This document shows positions 26,060 through 38,985 of a stretch of 64,000 nt of DNA, piece by piece. Positions within the stretch are counted from its first letter, which is position 1. The number at the start of each line of letters is the position of its first letter. Under the pieces are notes generated by a model. It was not told where the DNA came from and searched no databases. It saw nothing but the letters and a program-made list of their open reading frames with translations. Origin of the DNA: Vicugna vicugna (Eukaryota); NCBI GenBank assembly GCA_013265495.1, contig MU058781.1, forward strand, positions 9,591,009 to 9,655,008, written 5' to 3'. Both the position numbers and the translations under genes were made by a program.

Positions 26060-27067
26060 TTCCATTCCACACACCTGATTCACACATCATGCTTGGCTGA
26101 GTCCAGACAGAGGTCACAGACTGGCATTTGCCCTTTGTTTCCCCTTCTGGTGTTTTCCAGACGCTTAAAAATGGATACAGAGAGATGGGGGTGGGGGGCG
26201 GTGGAAGTGCCTTGTGTGAGAAAGCTTTGTTGTCAGGGGCAGAAGTTTGGGAGTTTCAGAAAAATAATACCTGTAAAGGGAGGAGAAGAACAAATGGAGA
26301 AGTCTGTGTAGTTTTAAGCTTCTCATAGCAGGAAAGGCTTTGATCCTCTGATGCGTCTAAAAGTGGTATTCTGGGTTTCTGGGGGGAGCGGAAGTGAGGA
26401 GAAGGGATTTAGGGAGCTGTTGCTCTTTAGTGAGTTTTTGTCCCATTTTCAGCAAATGGTCCAATCGGAGCTTTGTGATGAACACGCTCCTATTGTAACC
26501 TGGGTTTAGGCAAACCATCAGTGGCAGCTGTGTATTAATCAAGTCCTCTGATGCTGCTTAAACATGACTTGACTTTTATGTACGGTGTTATGTTTTAGAA
26601 AGCATGAATAACTGAGGACGTTATTGATCATTAAGCGTCTACACACTTGCTGCAGTCTTTTTGTTTTCCCTCTGATGTTTCCCTCTGCTTACATATGTAA
26701 CTTAGAGAAAAGGACACTGTAGGAGAGCAGATTATTAAGTTTGAGGCCGAGTTTCAGAAATTAAAAAAAAAAACCTTCAAATTAACATGGTAACCAGCCC
26801 TCATAAAATATTAAGTTTCCAACCTTGTGTGCAGTGTAGTTGGGTACCACTCACGTCTTGGCAGTGGAGTTAGCTAGCCAGTGCCTGCTTAGATTTACCC
26901 CTCCTGACTTCTCTCTTTCCTCTGGTTTATTAATATTCCTCCGATTTGGATGGCCTCTGTGTTTGAAGTGTGCCCTCACCGCCAGCAATCAGGAGCCCTA
27001 GTTTGGAGCAACCAGACCTGAGTGAAAAAAAAATCTCATCTTCCCTGTGCTCTCCGACAGATGATTT

Positions 27068-27185
27068 TGTTAATCTCAGTTTCCCTCGTCTGTGAAATAG
27101 CCTTAATAGTGTAAAGTTGCTGTCGAAAATATTAAAACTTTTAAAGTACTTCGGGCCATGCCTGCTGCGTAATGTCTACTGTTAC
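27068..27185 (+). mobile_element. MIR fragment
   Basis: tctcagtttccctcgtctgtgaaatag...aaagtacttcgggccatgcctg. Confidence 0.65.
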
Positions 27186-27646
27186 TACCTTGCTAGATCA
27201 TTTTAGGTATCACTTATAGCATCTGAAAGTATATTTACCATCAAGTATGGGTAATTTTTGTTGTTGCTGACTTTGACAGAGGTGAGGACAGATGGGGTCC
27301 AAGAATAGGAACAGTGGGTTTAAAGAAATAGATCATTCTTACCCAAAAGAGAGCATGTGCATCCACTCTCCCTTTCTTTCTCTCGCTTGTTTGTGTGCCC
27401 TTGGTCTGATGTTTGAATCTCATTGCCAGTTGAAGCAGCAGAATGAAAAGGAAGTACATTTCTTGGAAGACAGAGTGCTGTCATAGAGACCATCTGGTTC
27501 AGAAGCAGTGATGCTCAATCAGCACTTGAAGGCAGTCATGGGTAGACGTGTGAATTCCTACTCGGACGATGCAATGGTCATTCTAATCTTCCTGCCCCGT
27601 CCGGCTTCTCACCTCCTTACCTTTCCTCTCATCATATTTTCTTTTT

Positions 27647-28131
27647 CAGTTATGGTAAAATATACTGAACATCGAATATATAATTTTAACCATTTAAAAA
27701 GTCTGTAATTCAGTGGCATTAAGTTCTTTGGTTTTGTTCGGTAGCCATCATCATCATCCATCTCCAGAACTTTTTCTTCTTCCCAAATTGAGACTCTTAC
27801 CTATAAAGCAATAATTCCCTATTCCTCCTCCCCTCTGCCTGGACAACCACCATTCTGCTTTCTGTCTCTGTGAACTTGACTACACTACATACTTCATATT
27901 AGTGGAATCTGGCAGTATTTGCCCTTTGGTGGCTGGCTTATTTCACTTAGCATCATGTCTTCAGTGTTCATTCAGGTTCTAGCATGTTAGAATTTCATTT
28001 TTCAAGTAATATTCCTTTGTATGTATGTGCCACATATTGTTGATTCACTTGTCAGTGGACATTTGGTTTGTTTCCACCTTTTGCCTGTTGTGAATACTAC
28101 TACTATAATAATTGGTTTACCAATATCTGAG
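27647..28131 (-). mobile_element. L1MA/L1MB-type 3' end
   Basis: tggtaaaatatac...tttaaccattt...catccatctccagaac...ggcttatttcacttagcat. TSD CA(T/C)ATTTTCTTTTT at 27633-27646 and 28132-28145. Confidence 0.9.
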
Positions 28132-28237
28132 CACATTTTCTTTTTTTATTATTGTAAAGGTTGCTGAGATGTTATGCTGGGTTATGGTCTCCATTGTGGA
28201 CTCTTTGGTAGCAGTAAAACTGATCATGCTAGGCATG

Positions 28238-28968
28238 CTTTCTTCTTTGTGGTGGTAAAAAAAAAGAACAACCTTAAATTACCATCTTAACCATTTTTAA
28301 GTGTACAGTTCGGTTAAATATATTTACATTGCTGTACGTTAGATTTCTAAACATTTTCATCTTGCAAAACTGGAACTCTGTGCCCACTGAACAACAACTC
28401 AGCTTTCTCAGCTCCCCTCGGCTTCTGGCATTCACTGTTGTGCTTTTTTGTTTCTATGAGTTTGATTACTTTAGATGTCTCATGTAAGTGGAATCATACA
28501 GTGTTTGTCCTTCTGTGACTGGCTTATTTCCCTTAACACAATGTCCTCCAAATTCACCCAGTTTGTAGCATATGGCATTTTTTTCTTTAAGGTTGAATAA
28601 TTTTCCAGTGTATGTTTAAACCACATTTTGTTTATCCATTCATCTGTTGATGGACATTTGGGTTGCCTCCACCTCTGGGCTGTTGTAATTAATGGTGCAG
28701 TGAACATGGCTTTGCAAGTAGCTGTTTGAGATCCTGCTGTCAGTTCTTTTGAATTCATACCTGGAAATGGAATTGCTGGATCTTTCATTTTTCTTGAGGA
28801 ACTCCCATGCAGTTTTCCATAGTGGCTGCACTGTTTTACAGTCCGACTAACTGCACAAAGTTTCCAGTTTCTTCATACCCTTACCAACACTTTCTATTTT
28901 ATTATTTTTCTTTTACAGTGGCCATCCTGTGTGTGAGGTAATAACTCATAGTGCTTTTGATTTGCAAT
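28238..28968 (-). mobile_element. Second L1MA/L1MB-type 3' end including ORF2 C-terminus
   Basis: ORFs 28480..28788(-) and 28640..28831(-) give QPLWKT, DPAIP, QPKCPSTDEWINKMW, EISQSQKDK. Confidence 0.92.
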
Positions 28969-29428
28969 GAATTTTCTTAAAACAGAATTAAAGAATATCT
29001 TAGAGGCAAATAATTGGACTGAGAGAACCATTATGTTTAGGATGAGGAGAAGCTTAGAAAACTGTGGGGTTCCCAGAAGAGCTGTTTCGTGTCCTGGCAG
29101 TTTCTCAGAGCGTGTGCTTGGTCTCTTGCTCTGCTAAGTCTCCGTCATAGGACTGAAGGTCGTTTGGCCTTGGTGGTGTGGCCTGGCCGACAGTCTGTCG
29201 CCCTCTCATCCTTCTGGAGTCCTGGGTGATGAGTAAGCATTTTCTCACAGCAAGTGACTCAGAGTGAAATGTAGTTCCAGATACAAAAGTTATTTCAAAA
29301 AACGACTGTGCCTCACTCTTTTTTAACCATTTCTATTGACTGCTTCTATGTTGATATAAAAATACTAATGCTGATCTTAAGTCAGCATTCTTTCTTTCAT
29401 TCAACAGAATCAATGGGATACCCAGAAC

Positions 29429-30326
29429 CATGCTGTCCAGTAGAAATATAATGCCAATATGGTTACTTAAGTATAAAATTTTAATGTGATTTAAAGTTTT
29501 CTAGTACTCATGCTTAAGAAACTGGAGAAAACCAGGTGAAATTAATTTTAACAATACTTTAACATTTTTTACTGATTTATAATCATTTTACAATGTGTCA
29601 AATTCCAGTGTTCAGCACAATTTTTCAGTCATTCATGGACATATACACACTCATTGTCACATTTTTTTCTCTGTGAGCTAGCATAAGATTTTGTGTATAT
29701 TTCTCTGTACTATACAGTATAATCTTGTTTATCTATTATACAATTTTGAAATCCCGTCTATCCCTTCCTACACTCCACCCCCTTGGCAACCACAAGTTTG
29801 TATTCTATGTCTGTGAGTCTGTTTCTGTTTTGTATTTATGCTTTGTTTGTTTGATTCTTTGTTTGTTTGTTTTAGATTCCACATATGAGCGATCTCATAT
29901 GGTATTTTTCTTTCTCTTTCTGGCTTACTTCACTTAGAATGACATTCTCCAGGAGCATCCATTGCTGCAAATGGCGTTATGTTGTCGGTTTTTATGGCTG
30001 AGTAGTATTCCATTGTATAAATATACCACATCTTCTTTATCCATTCACCTGTTGATAGATATTTAGGCTGTTTCCATGTTTTGGCTATTATAAATAGTGC
30101 TGCTATGAACAACAATACATTTTATTTAACGAGGTAGACCTGAACTATTACCATTTCAGTATGCAATGAATATTAAGAAAATGAGATACTCTGCTTTGTT
30201 TTTCATACTAAGTCTTTGTAATCTGCTGTGCATTTAAAACTTGCAGCACTTCTCAGTTTGGATTGGCCACATTTCAAGTGCTCAAGAGTCATGTGGTTCT
30301 GGTGGCCATCCTATTAGACTATGCAG
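29429..30326. mobile_element. MER33-like hAT-Charlie element, split by an L1 insertion
   Basis: gctgtccagtagaaatataatg...caggtgaaattaatttt (left part) and tttcatactaagtcttt...gccacatttcaagtgctcaa...tattagactatgcag (right part). Confidence 0.88.
29558..30110 (-). mobile_element. Young 5'-truncated L1 (camelid-like), ORF2 C-terminus plus 3' UTR
   Basis: ORF 29930..30115(-) FIAALFIIAKTWKQPK...WIKKMWYIYTMEYYSAIK. TSD AACAATAC(a)TTT at 29550 and 30111. Confidence 0.93.
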
Positions 30327-32260
30327 ACCTAGCATATTCAGCCAAGGACACAAAGTCCAGAAAAGGTCAGCCCTCCACCCTGCCTAGTGGGCAAGATGCA
30401 TCAATAAAGCACTAATGATGGTGGTGAGAAGTGCTCAGAATGTCACAGGAGCCCGGAAGAGCCCGACTTGGGTCATACTGCCACCTGTACCTCTCATTCC
30501 TTTGAACTCGTCCTCAGTCAGGAGGGCACTGAGCTGGAGTTTGGTGTGGGCCCCAGTCCATCAGACATGAACTTTTGGCCTTATATGTTATGAGAGCTGC
30601 TGGCAAGTTTACATTAATTACAGGCTTTGCTCTGGCCATGGGTCTGGGAGCTGGGATTTCAGTACCACCACCTCACTGCTCCCCGGGGCCGGCCTTTCAT
30701 TCCCATGAGCAGAATCACTCACCTATCCTTCGGGGGGACTGCTTCCCGGCCAGTCACACCCCCTCACCTTTTTGGGCTGCAGCACCTAAGGAAAGCTTCA
30801 CAGTGTGGTGCTGAGAGATGGGAAGGAAGAAAATGTTTTGATTTCTTTGTCCAGACACCCCTCTGCTCACCTCTCAGAAGTGACCCCAGGAGCTCTGGTT
30901 GTTAATGGAAAGGGCTTCCTTGGATCCAGTCTGTCCCCGCCCTGACCTCCCTCCATGCCCAGCCTCTCAGGGCCTTCCAGGCATGCCCGGTGCGGGTGGC
31001 AGGGCTCCCGCGGTCAGGCAAGCCTGTGCAGTCTCCCCAGGCGCCTGCTGGGGAAGGGTGGCCAAGCTGTGTTTACAGACAGGAAGCACAGGGGAAGAGG
31101 AGGAGCTGTTTCCACTTATCCTCCCACCTCTTTTGGCTTTCCCCTCCCGCCTTGCCTGAGGCCAAAAAAGGGATGGGAATTTGGCAAAATAAACGTATAC
31201 GAAGGTATTTCCCTACCTCTCTAGCTCATCTCCCTCCTAAGGAAGCCGGGCTGGACTTTTTTTTCCCACCTGTGTCACTTCACACGCAGGGACTCGAAAT
31301 TCCTTTCCTACTGCTGATGTGGAAGAGGTTTGGAAATAAGTTTCTTTCCAGGAGATGAGTGATACGGCAGAAGGGCAGGGTCAGATGAGGCCAAGGGACT
31401 GGAGCCAGAGTCTTACCAGACTCTGTCAGGCAGCATAGTGACTGCCTGGCATGCTGTGCTGAGGAGAGGGGGAGGCCTCGGATCTCCACGCAGTCCACTG
31501 CCCAGACTCCTCCACCGACTGGCGGAGTCAAGGAGGGTAGGGAGGACTTTGGGCTGGAGGGGAGGCAGTGATGAGCCTGGCCCTTCCGCAGATGCTGCTG
31601 GTATATGTTGATATGTTATAAGGTGGAGCAAGTAATGTTGCCAGTCTAGGCTCTGCTTCTGACAATGCCTAATTTCTTTTAATCATATTTTAAACTTTTT
31701 ACACTATTAACATAGATGGCTCTGGGAGGTCTATAAACCTTCCACCTTAGGAATCAGAACCATGTTGTAAAGATCATAACAATTTAAATAATTATCTAAA
31801 TTAAAGAGGAGGCCAAAGTAAAAGTACGACTTCTCCCAGAGAAATATAATAGATGACAGAAGAACAGCCACTCCTCTCACTAGCCTGCACTCCTGAATCT
31901 CCTAAAACTCAGTGTTCGCTTTATATGTATATTAGCAGGTGGGATTTTTATGGACAAAGAAGTGCAAGAAGTATTCAGTTAAGGAGTTAACTCTGGGAAA
32001 ATTATAACTGATTAAGAAGAGGGAAAGACTACACTATTTGAATGTCACATGTGCATGTTTGTTTTCTGCTGGAAGAACAAAAGAGGGTCATTATTACTAC
32101 TAAGGCCTGGGAACCTGTGCATTTTGGTACCAAAAGTATATTGTATTTTTCTCAGTTTTACCAGATGAATGGAGTAGAAGCTGGAGTCCCTTCAGCGTGT
32201 CAGTAGACCAGGCCAGAAGCTAGCTGTGGTTATGACGTGGGCTGTGGTCAAGTGCCATGA

Positions 32261-32480
32261 ACAGTGGCCAGTGTGGCAGGATTGTGGGCTCTGGGTTTGA
32301 ATCCTGACTCCGCTGCTAATTAGCCCTGTGTGAATCACTCAGCCTCTCTTAACCTCTTTTTTTATCTGTAAAGTTGGAATTATAAATTTATATTCATGTA
32401 CTGATGAAAAGTGATTCATGGACTACGGACTAAGTGCCTGACGAAATTGTGTGGGAATATTAATTGCTGTTAATACTTTA
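32261..32480 (+). mobile_element. MIR SINE
   Basis: ctgggtttgaatcctgactccgc...tcactcagcctctct...atctgtaaa. Confidence 0.85.
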
Positions 32481-33784
32481 GCTGCAAATGCGGAGTATAG
32501 TTGGCGATTAAGTTGCCTTTTTAACTCTTTTTGTGCCCATGGCAAAGCAACACATTGGTTGCTGTTTGCTTGCACTCTTCGAAAAGTTCTTCAGTGGTGT
32601 GGACTTTTTCTTTGTAGCATGGCATGGTGTGTGTGTGTTTGGAAGGCCAGTAATTTTCTCCTGCAGATGGGGCTGCCCAGTCTTCCCCATGGCAACTGAA
32701 AAATAAAAAAACGAGGTTACATAAGTGGCGTCACTGGACTTGGAAGTGGGGAGATCACGAAGGGCTTTTGGTGTGTGTATGTGGCTTTTGGTTTTCTTTT
32801 GATTGAAGGTGTTGGGTGAAGATACAGAGGTCTTACTGAGTAACTGAACAGGATGCTGTTGCTTGCTTTGAAGTGAGTAAATTGGTCAAAAGTGCACGTG
32901 GGAGGGGAAGTTGAGGTTTAATGAAGAAGGGTCTTTATTAATGTTTCCATGGTTTTAGCAGTTTAAAAGTTGGGAGTTTAGGTAAGGTTGTTGGTTGTGG
33001 GGAAATCAGGCCACAGACATTTAGACATGGTTGAAGCTGAGTCTTTTAGTCTTCATTTTAATCTGAAAATAAGGAGCCAAGGCTTCTGAATAATAGCAGA
33101 GGGATTGCTTTATAGTTTTAATAGTGAATGCTAATTAGCACATGTTCACAATGCCAGAAGATTTAGAAAACTACACCATTCTTTTCAAATCCCAATTACC
33201 TGGAGATTTTTGGTGGGGTTTGTTTTGTTTTGTTTTGTTTTGAGGGAGAAGAAAGAATATTACTGCTTTGGAATCCTAACCCTTCTTTCAAAAAGACTCA
33301 CATTAACTTACCAACTAAGCCTGGGTGGAACCAAGATCACTAGTTTTCAGTGAACAGGTGGTGTCCTTTTCCAACATTTATAAAATTTATAAAATCTTAT
33401 GTACATTCACTTGGTATCCTCTACGAAGGTAGATGACTTTATTTGATTGGAAGATAGGACTGACTTTTCTTCTGGGGATTTGGTCCTCTTGATTCTAGAG
33501 CAAAGACAGATAAACCTATTAGCCTCCACCTCCTCCCACCCCTGCCCCAGTGTACATTCAGCTCATATTTTTATTTCTAAAAATTGGATTGTTTTTCCCT
33601 CCAAAGACCCAAGAAATAATATAAAGCCAACTTTACATTATTAATAATAAGTTTGGGGCAGAAAAACATGGAGAGCTGAAATCTATAAATTCTCCGAAAA
33701 CACAGTCTTCAAAAACCTCTCTACTGTTCAGCTCTTTAAGGATGGAAGAGGAAAGAGATAAAATACTATCTTCAGTAAGTGCCC

Positions 33785-33950
33785 ATGGTTTAGTGCACTT
33801 GGAGTCAGGAACTCTGGATTAGAAACCAGCCTCTTCCAGTTATCTTACTAGTAAACACTGGGAAATGTTTGTAACTTCTCTGAGTTTTCCTTTGGTCATT
33901 TGTCAGATGGACATGTTTACAATGCTTGTTGTTTGTGGTGGTTTTATTAG
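33785..33950 (+). mobile_element. MIR SINE fragment
   Basis: tggagtcagga...aacttctctgagttttcctttggtcatttgtcagatgg. Confidence 0.7.
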
Positions 33951-34312
33951 ACAAGCTAGCAGATTATCTGTTGGACACTCTTTATCTCTCTCTCTCGATT
34001 CACTTGATAGAGACGAGGAGGAGGCTCACACAACCAGTTGCCTGAGTTACATGTTTTGTATCATTCACCCTGGATTATCAAGAGTGGACTGTAAACCAGC
34101 AACCTTCACTGTGTGACCTCCAACAGCTGTAATTGCCCCAGCCTAAGAGCTGTTATTGGTAAGATAAAAATCAGTAAAATAAGATTCGCATCCTTCTTGT
34201 TCATTCTTCCTCATCCATGATGGTCGATTGGGGGTATTTACTTTGTTCTGACCTAGGAGGCTAAATAAGTGAGGGTTTTTCTTTTCTTTTTTTTTTTTTT
34301 TTTTTCTTCCTT

Positions 34313-34400
34313 NNNNNNNNNNNNNNNNNNNNNNNNNNNNNNNNNNNNNNNNNNNNNNNNNNNNNNNNNNNNNNNNNNNNNNNNNNNNNNNNNNNNNNNN
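34313..34400. other. Assembly gap (88 N) within a T-rich tract
   Basis: N run with T runs on both sides. Confidence 0.99.
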
Positions 34401-35074
34401 TTTTTTTTTTTTTTTTTTTTTTCCATCCTCTCTGGAGATCGTCTGCCATCAGTTTCAGTCTTCATATGTTATGGGAGCTAGGGATTTCTTTTTTCCGATT
34501 TCTTGCTTCTTTCACATGGATAGCCTAGGGAACAAAATTTGAAACTCTGGGGAAAGAAATGGAACAGTGGCAGTTTCCTTTAGCCTGAGAGCTCAGGGCT
34601 TTTGTAGTATCTCTGCTCCAAGGTTCTGTTCTACTTAGTTTATCCGGGACTTAGGTTAAGAAAATTTCTCTCTACCCTCCATCATCTTGGCCTTATTATA
34701 ATCTTACAGAAGTAAGTCTTTTCTAATAGTTCTGCCTTACTTTATGGGTTTTTTAAACCTTCTCTTCATTTAAGAGTGAGATGAAGATCTCATCTCTCTC
34801 TGAACTGGTTTTGGTCCTAACCAGGGTTGAAGAGTGGCCCTGTGTGTATGTGCTGGGGATGTGGCACACTGGCATCTCCTCTCAGGCTCCACACTCCATA
34901 CAGTAGCCAGTGTTCTCATCTCTCCTAGGGTGTGCTTATGTCCAGACATGAGCATGTACGTGGTGATCCCAGGACCCTTGGTAAATTCTGAACACCAGTT
35001 ATTAACATTCAGCCATGAGAAAGGAGTGAATCTGTGGTCTGATTAGAAATGGTAGACAGTATAAAAATTCATTC

Positions 35075-35290
35075 AGTGACATAATAAAGAGAAATAGGAG
35101 TCTGGACTGGAGATCTAGTCTTGCTTTTGCCACCAATTAGAATTGTGAATGCAGTGGAATAACTTGAACTTGATTTTTATGAACCTCATGCCCAAATATG
35201 AAATTATTTCCTATTTGAATTTATGAAATTAGATTTTAGTCTGAATTATCTTTAACACTTCTCTCAGCATTATAATTGTCTGTTTTCTAA
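35075..35290 (+). mobile_element. MIR3-like SINE remnant
   Basis: tctagtcttgcttttgccaccaattag...aattatctttaacacttctctcagcattataattgtctg. Confidence 0.5.
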
Positions 35291-36561
35291 TATTTCTGAT
35301 TATAGGTTAATTGTTTTCTAAAGGATTACAATGTTTGTACTTTATATTACCTAAAGAATATTATATGTCATTCAAAGTTGGTCATTTCCATTAATATGTT
35401 CAACACTCCAAGCGCATTAGAGATATAATATAGTTCTCTGTGACTGACTAATCTTGTCTACCCAGTGGGGCATGGATAGTGGTCAAAGACTATTACCTCA
35501 TAAAAGGATCCAAAGAAAGAGAGGTGAAGACAGCTTGGTGTCATGCCTTTTATTGGGTCTTTGGAAAGGAGACTCTGTGTAACTAAAAGATCTGCTGAGC
35601 TGAGTTCAGGACTAGATATTTATTGTTTTTGGAATCACTCCTTTAAAAATGGGATCACCAAACGATTCTGAAGATGGGAAAATTTTAATTGGCCTCTAAA
35701 GACTGAGTCTCAGCCTTGACCAGTGTTCAGATGCTTCTCTGTAACACCAACCTTTGTTGATAGTTGATGGTTTCTTTTCAGGAGACATTTAGAAAAAATA
35801 CATAGATGCTTATGAAAGCCAACAGAACTCTAGTTGGAAGGTAGGTGTGTTCATGTAGAAAGCTTTATAGGAAAGCCTGTTCCTCAGAAAGATGCAGGAA
35901 CAATGAACCAGCCTGTCCTTGTTCTTGTTTTAAAAAAACATATTGGAGACTTGTAGTTGGCTCCTGGGGACCGTTCATGGAGCCATTTAAGGCATAAGCT
36001 CTGCCTTGGTATTGAACCAACTGAGAAGAAGCTGTTTATAGCCTTGTGTACCTTTCCAACATAAACACTATCTCTTAAGTAAAACATTTTTATGTTGGTT
36101 TATATATAACATGTGGGAGCTTTTTCTTTCACTTTTTGTCTGATCTGGATTTCTAGCTAGGCATTCATATTCCCTGATGGTGGTATTCTAGGTTATCTTT
36201 TTATGTTCCAAATTTGTATTGAAAATTGAAGCAAAAAATGGAAACAGCTTTAAAAAAGCTTTATGCTTTTAAAAAAGTACCCACTGACTTTATTTTCTCC
36301 TTGTCAAGGGATAGTACTTATTACTATATCATACTGTACCATTACTGTATCATAACCACTGCTCACATCAGTACTTTTTAAAAGCTATTTCAATTGTCTG
36401 CCTACATATACAGGTATACCCTTTAAATGAATACTTGTGTTGAGGAACCAGGAAGTGTTTTTCACTCATTTATATCTCATCTTTACTTGTCCTCATCCTG
36501 AAATTGTTTCTGTAGAGGGTCTTATGGAGCTTGGTTGTCCATGAATATATATTCTGTTTAA

Positions 36562-36597
36562 TATATATATATATACTTATATATATATATATATATA
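36562..36597. repeat. Interrupted (TA)n microsatellite
   Basis: Direct reading. Confidence 0.95.
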
Positions 36598-36690
36598 ATC
36601 AATATTTAAGAGGATAAGGAATTCTGTGCATTTTTTCGAGAAGATGAAAATTAAAAGTGTCAGTATGACTATATTTTGTTCTTTGGTTCC

Positions 36691-38310
36691 CTTTTTTAAA
36701 AAATTATTTTTTAGAACAGCTTTAGATTCACATCAAATGGAGAGGAAGCTACAGAGATTTCTCATATATCCCTTGGCCCCCAGATATGCATAGTTTCCTC
36801 CATTGTCTGTATCTCTCATTAGACTGGTACATTTGTTACAATTGATGAACCTACATTGACATATCATTACCACCCAAAGTCCATTGTTTACATTAGAGTT
36901 CACTCTTGGTGCTGTACATTTTATGGGTTTAGACAAAGGTATGATGACATGTATCCATCATTATGGTATCATACAGAGTATTTTCACTGCCCTATAAATC
37001 CTCTGTGGTCCACCTGTTCATCCCTTCTCATCTTCCCAAACTCTGCAAACCATCAATCTTTGCATTGTCTTGTTTTTGCCTTCTCTAGTGTGCCATAGAA
37101 TTGGAATCATGCAGAATATAGTCTTTTTAGATGGGCTTTTTTCAGTTAGTAAAATGCATTTACGTTTCCTCCATGTCTTTTCATGGTTTTGATAGCTTAT
37201 TACTTTTTAGCGCTGAATACTAAATCCATTGTCTGAATGTACAAGTTTCTTTATCTTTTCTCCTGCTGAAGTCATCTTGGTTGCTTCCATGTTTTGGCAA
37301 TTATAAATAAAGTTGCTCTAAATATCTTTACAGATTTTTGTGTGGATATGTTTTCAACCCTTTTGGGTGAATACCAAGGAGCATGATTGTTGTGTGGTAA
37401 GAGAATAGTTTTATAAAGAGCTGCCACCTTGTCTTCCAAAGTAGCTATACCATTTTGCAATCCCACCATCAGTGGTTGAGTTTCTGTTGTTCCACATTCT
37501 TGTCAGCATTTGGCATTGAACATGGTCTGGGTTTTGGCCATTCTAGTAGATATGTGGTGATATCTTATTGTTTAATTTGCATTTCCCTGGTGACATATGA
37601 TGAGGAGCATCTGTTTCTGTTTCTTTGCCATTTGTGTATCTTCTTTGAGGCATCTGTTAAGGTCTTTGGCCCATTTTTAAATTGAGGTGTTTGTTTTCTT
37701 ACGATTTTAAGAGTTCTTTCTGTGTTTCGGATATACAAAATACTTTGAGATGTCCTGCAAATATTTTCTCCCATTCTGTGAGTTGTCTTCTCATTCTCTT
37801 GAGAATTTCTCTTGCAGAGCAGAGATTTTGCATTTTAATGAAGTCCAGCTAATTGATTATTTTTCAATGGATTGTGCCTTTGGTGTTGTATCTAAAAAGT
37901 CATTGCCAGACCAAATTCATCTAGTTTTTTTCCTATGTCATCTTCTAGAAGTTGTATAATTTTATGTTTTACATTTAGGTCTGTGATCCATTTAGAGATT
38001 TTTTTTTTTTGGTAAAAGGTACAAGGTCTGTGTCTGGACTCTTTTTCTTTTTGCATGTCTTGTCCGGTTGTTCCAGCATAATTTGTTGAAAAGTCTGTCC
38101 TTGCTTCCTTATGTTGCCTTGCCTCTTTGTCAAAGATCAGCTGACTGTACTCCTCTGGGTCTATTTCTGGGCCCTCTATTTTGTTCCATTGGTCTCTTTG
38201 CCTATTCTTTTGCCAATCCCACTTTTGTCTTGGTTACTGTAGCTTTATAATAAGTGTTGAAGTCAGCTAGTGGTATTCCTCCAACTTTCTTCTTGTCCTT
38301 CTGGCTGTGC
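36691..38310 (-). mobile_element. L1MC1-like element, about 1.6 kb (3' UTR plus ORF2 C-terminal part)
   Basis: ggtacatttgttacaattgatgaacctacattgaca...cattagagttcactcttggtg. ORF remnants TLFIIAKTWKQPR and RCSSSYVTREMQIK. Confidence 0.93.
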
Positions 38311-38741
38311 CAGGCTATTTCATTTCCTTTTTATGTGTTTAATGGATTCCATGAAAGCTGACCTTGGATTTTCACAATCTAGAACAGTGTTGGTTTTGCA
38401 GATAGAGTCTGGATGTAGGAGATAATCATGATAAATAAGGTATATCCTAGAAATTTGGATGGTTGGAAAAAATGACTTGTTGACCAACCTTTCAACAGAC
38501 CAGAAAGCACTGTTGGGGGAGAATGGTTTCCGTTATTTAAAAAAATTGTAACTGTCTATAAAACATACCATATCTCTTCCTCTTAAACATGTCATTTTCC
38601 TAATAAACACTTGTAATGACTCCTTATAACTATGGAATAAAAGATAATAACACTCACTGGCCACCATGAGTTGGACTCTAATCTGCCTTTCCAGGAGTGG
38701 CCTCCACAGCTCTCTGTTGTGAATGTGTATTCTCAGAGGAG

Positions 38742-38985
38742 GCATAATTTGATGGGGAGGGAAAGATGCTGGCTTTAGAAAACTCTGAGCTCAAATCCTT
38801 GTGCTGCAGCTAGAAGCTGTGTGAACTTGATTAAATCACAACCCCCCTCTGAATCTTAGTCTTCCAAAGGCTAAATATATATAATTTGCTTTCGTCTGTG
38901 ATACCATGTAAGTAAATATCGTGTAGGGTCAGAAATTTAGATCTATTTCTTGAACTACTTATTGTGGCTGGTATTTGCAGTATGT
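38742..38985 (+). mobile_element. MIR SINE
   Basis: ctgagctcaaatcct...agctgtgtgaacttga...ctctgaatcttagtcttc. Confidence 0.75.

Noticed and set aside
25086..26468. CRE, X-box and CCAAT read as an MHC class II SXY module
   Set aside because: SXY needs tight X-X2-Y spacing within tens of bp; these sites are hundreds of bp apart and out of order.
30575..31631. GC-richer stretch with many overlapping ORFs
   Set aside because: Few CpGs and no recognisable protein; overlapping ORFs are expected from GC content alone.
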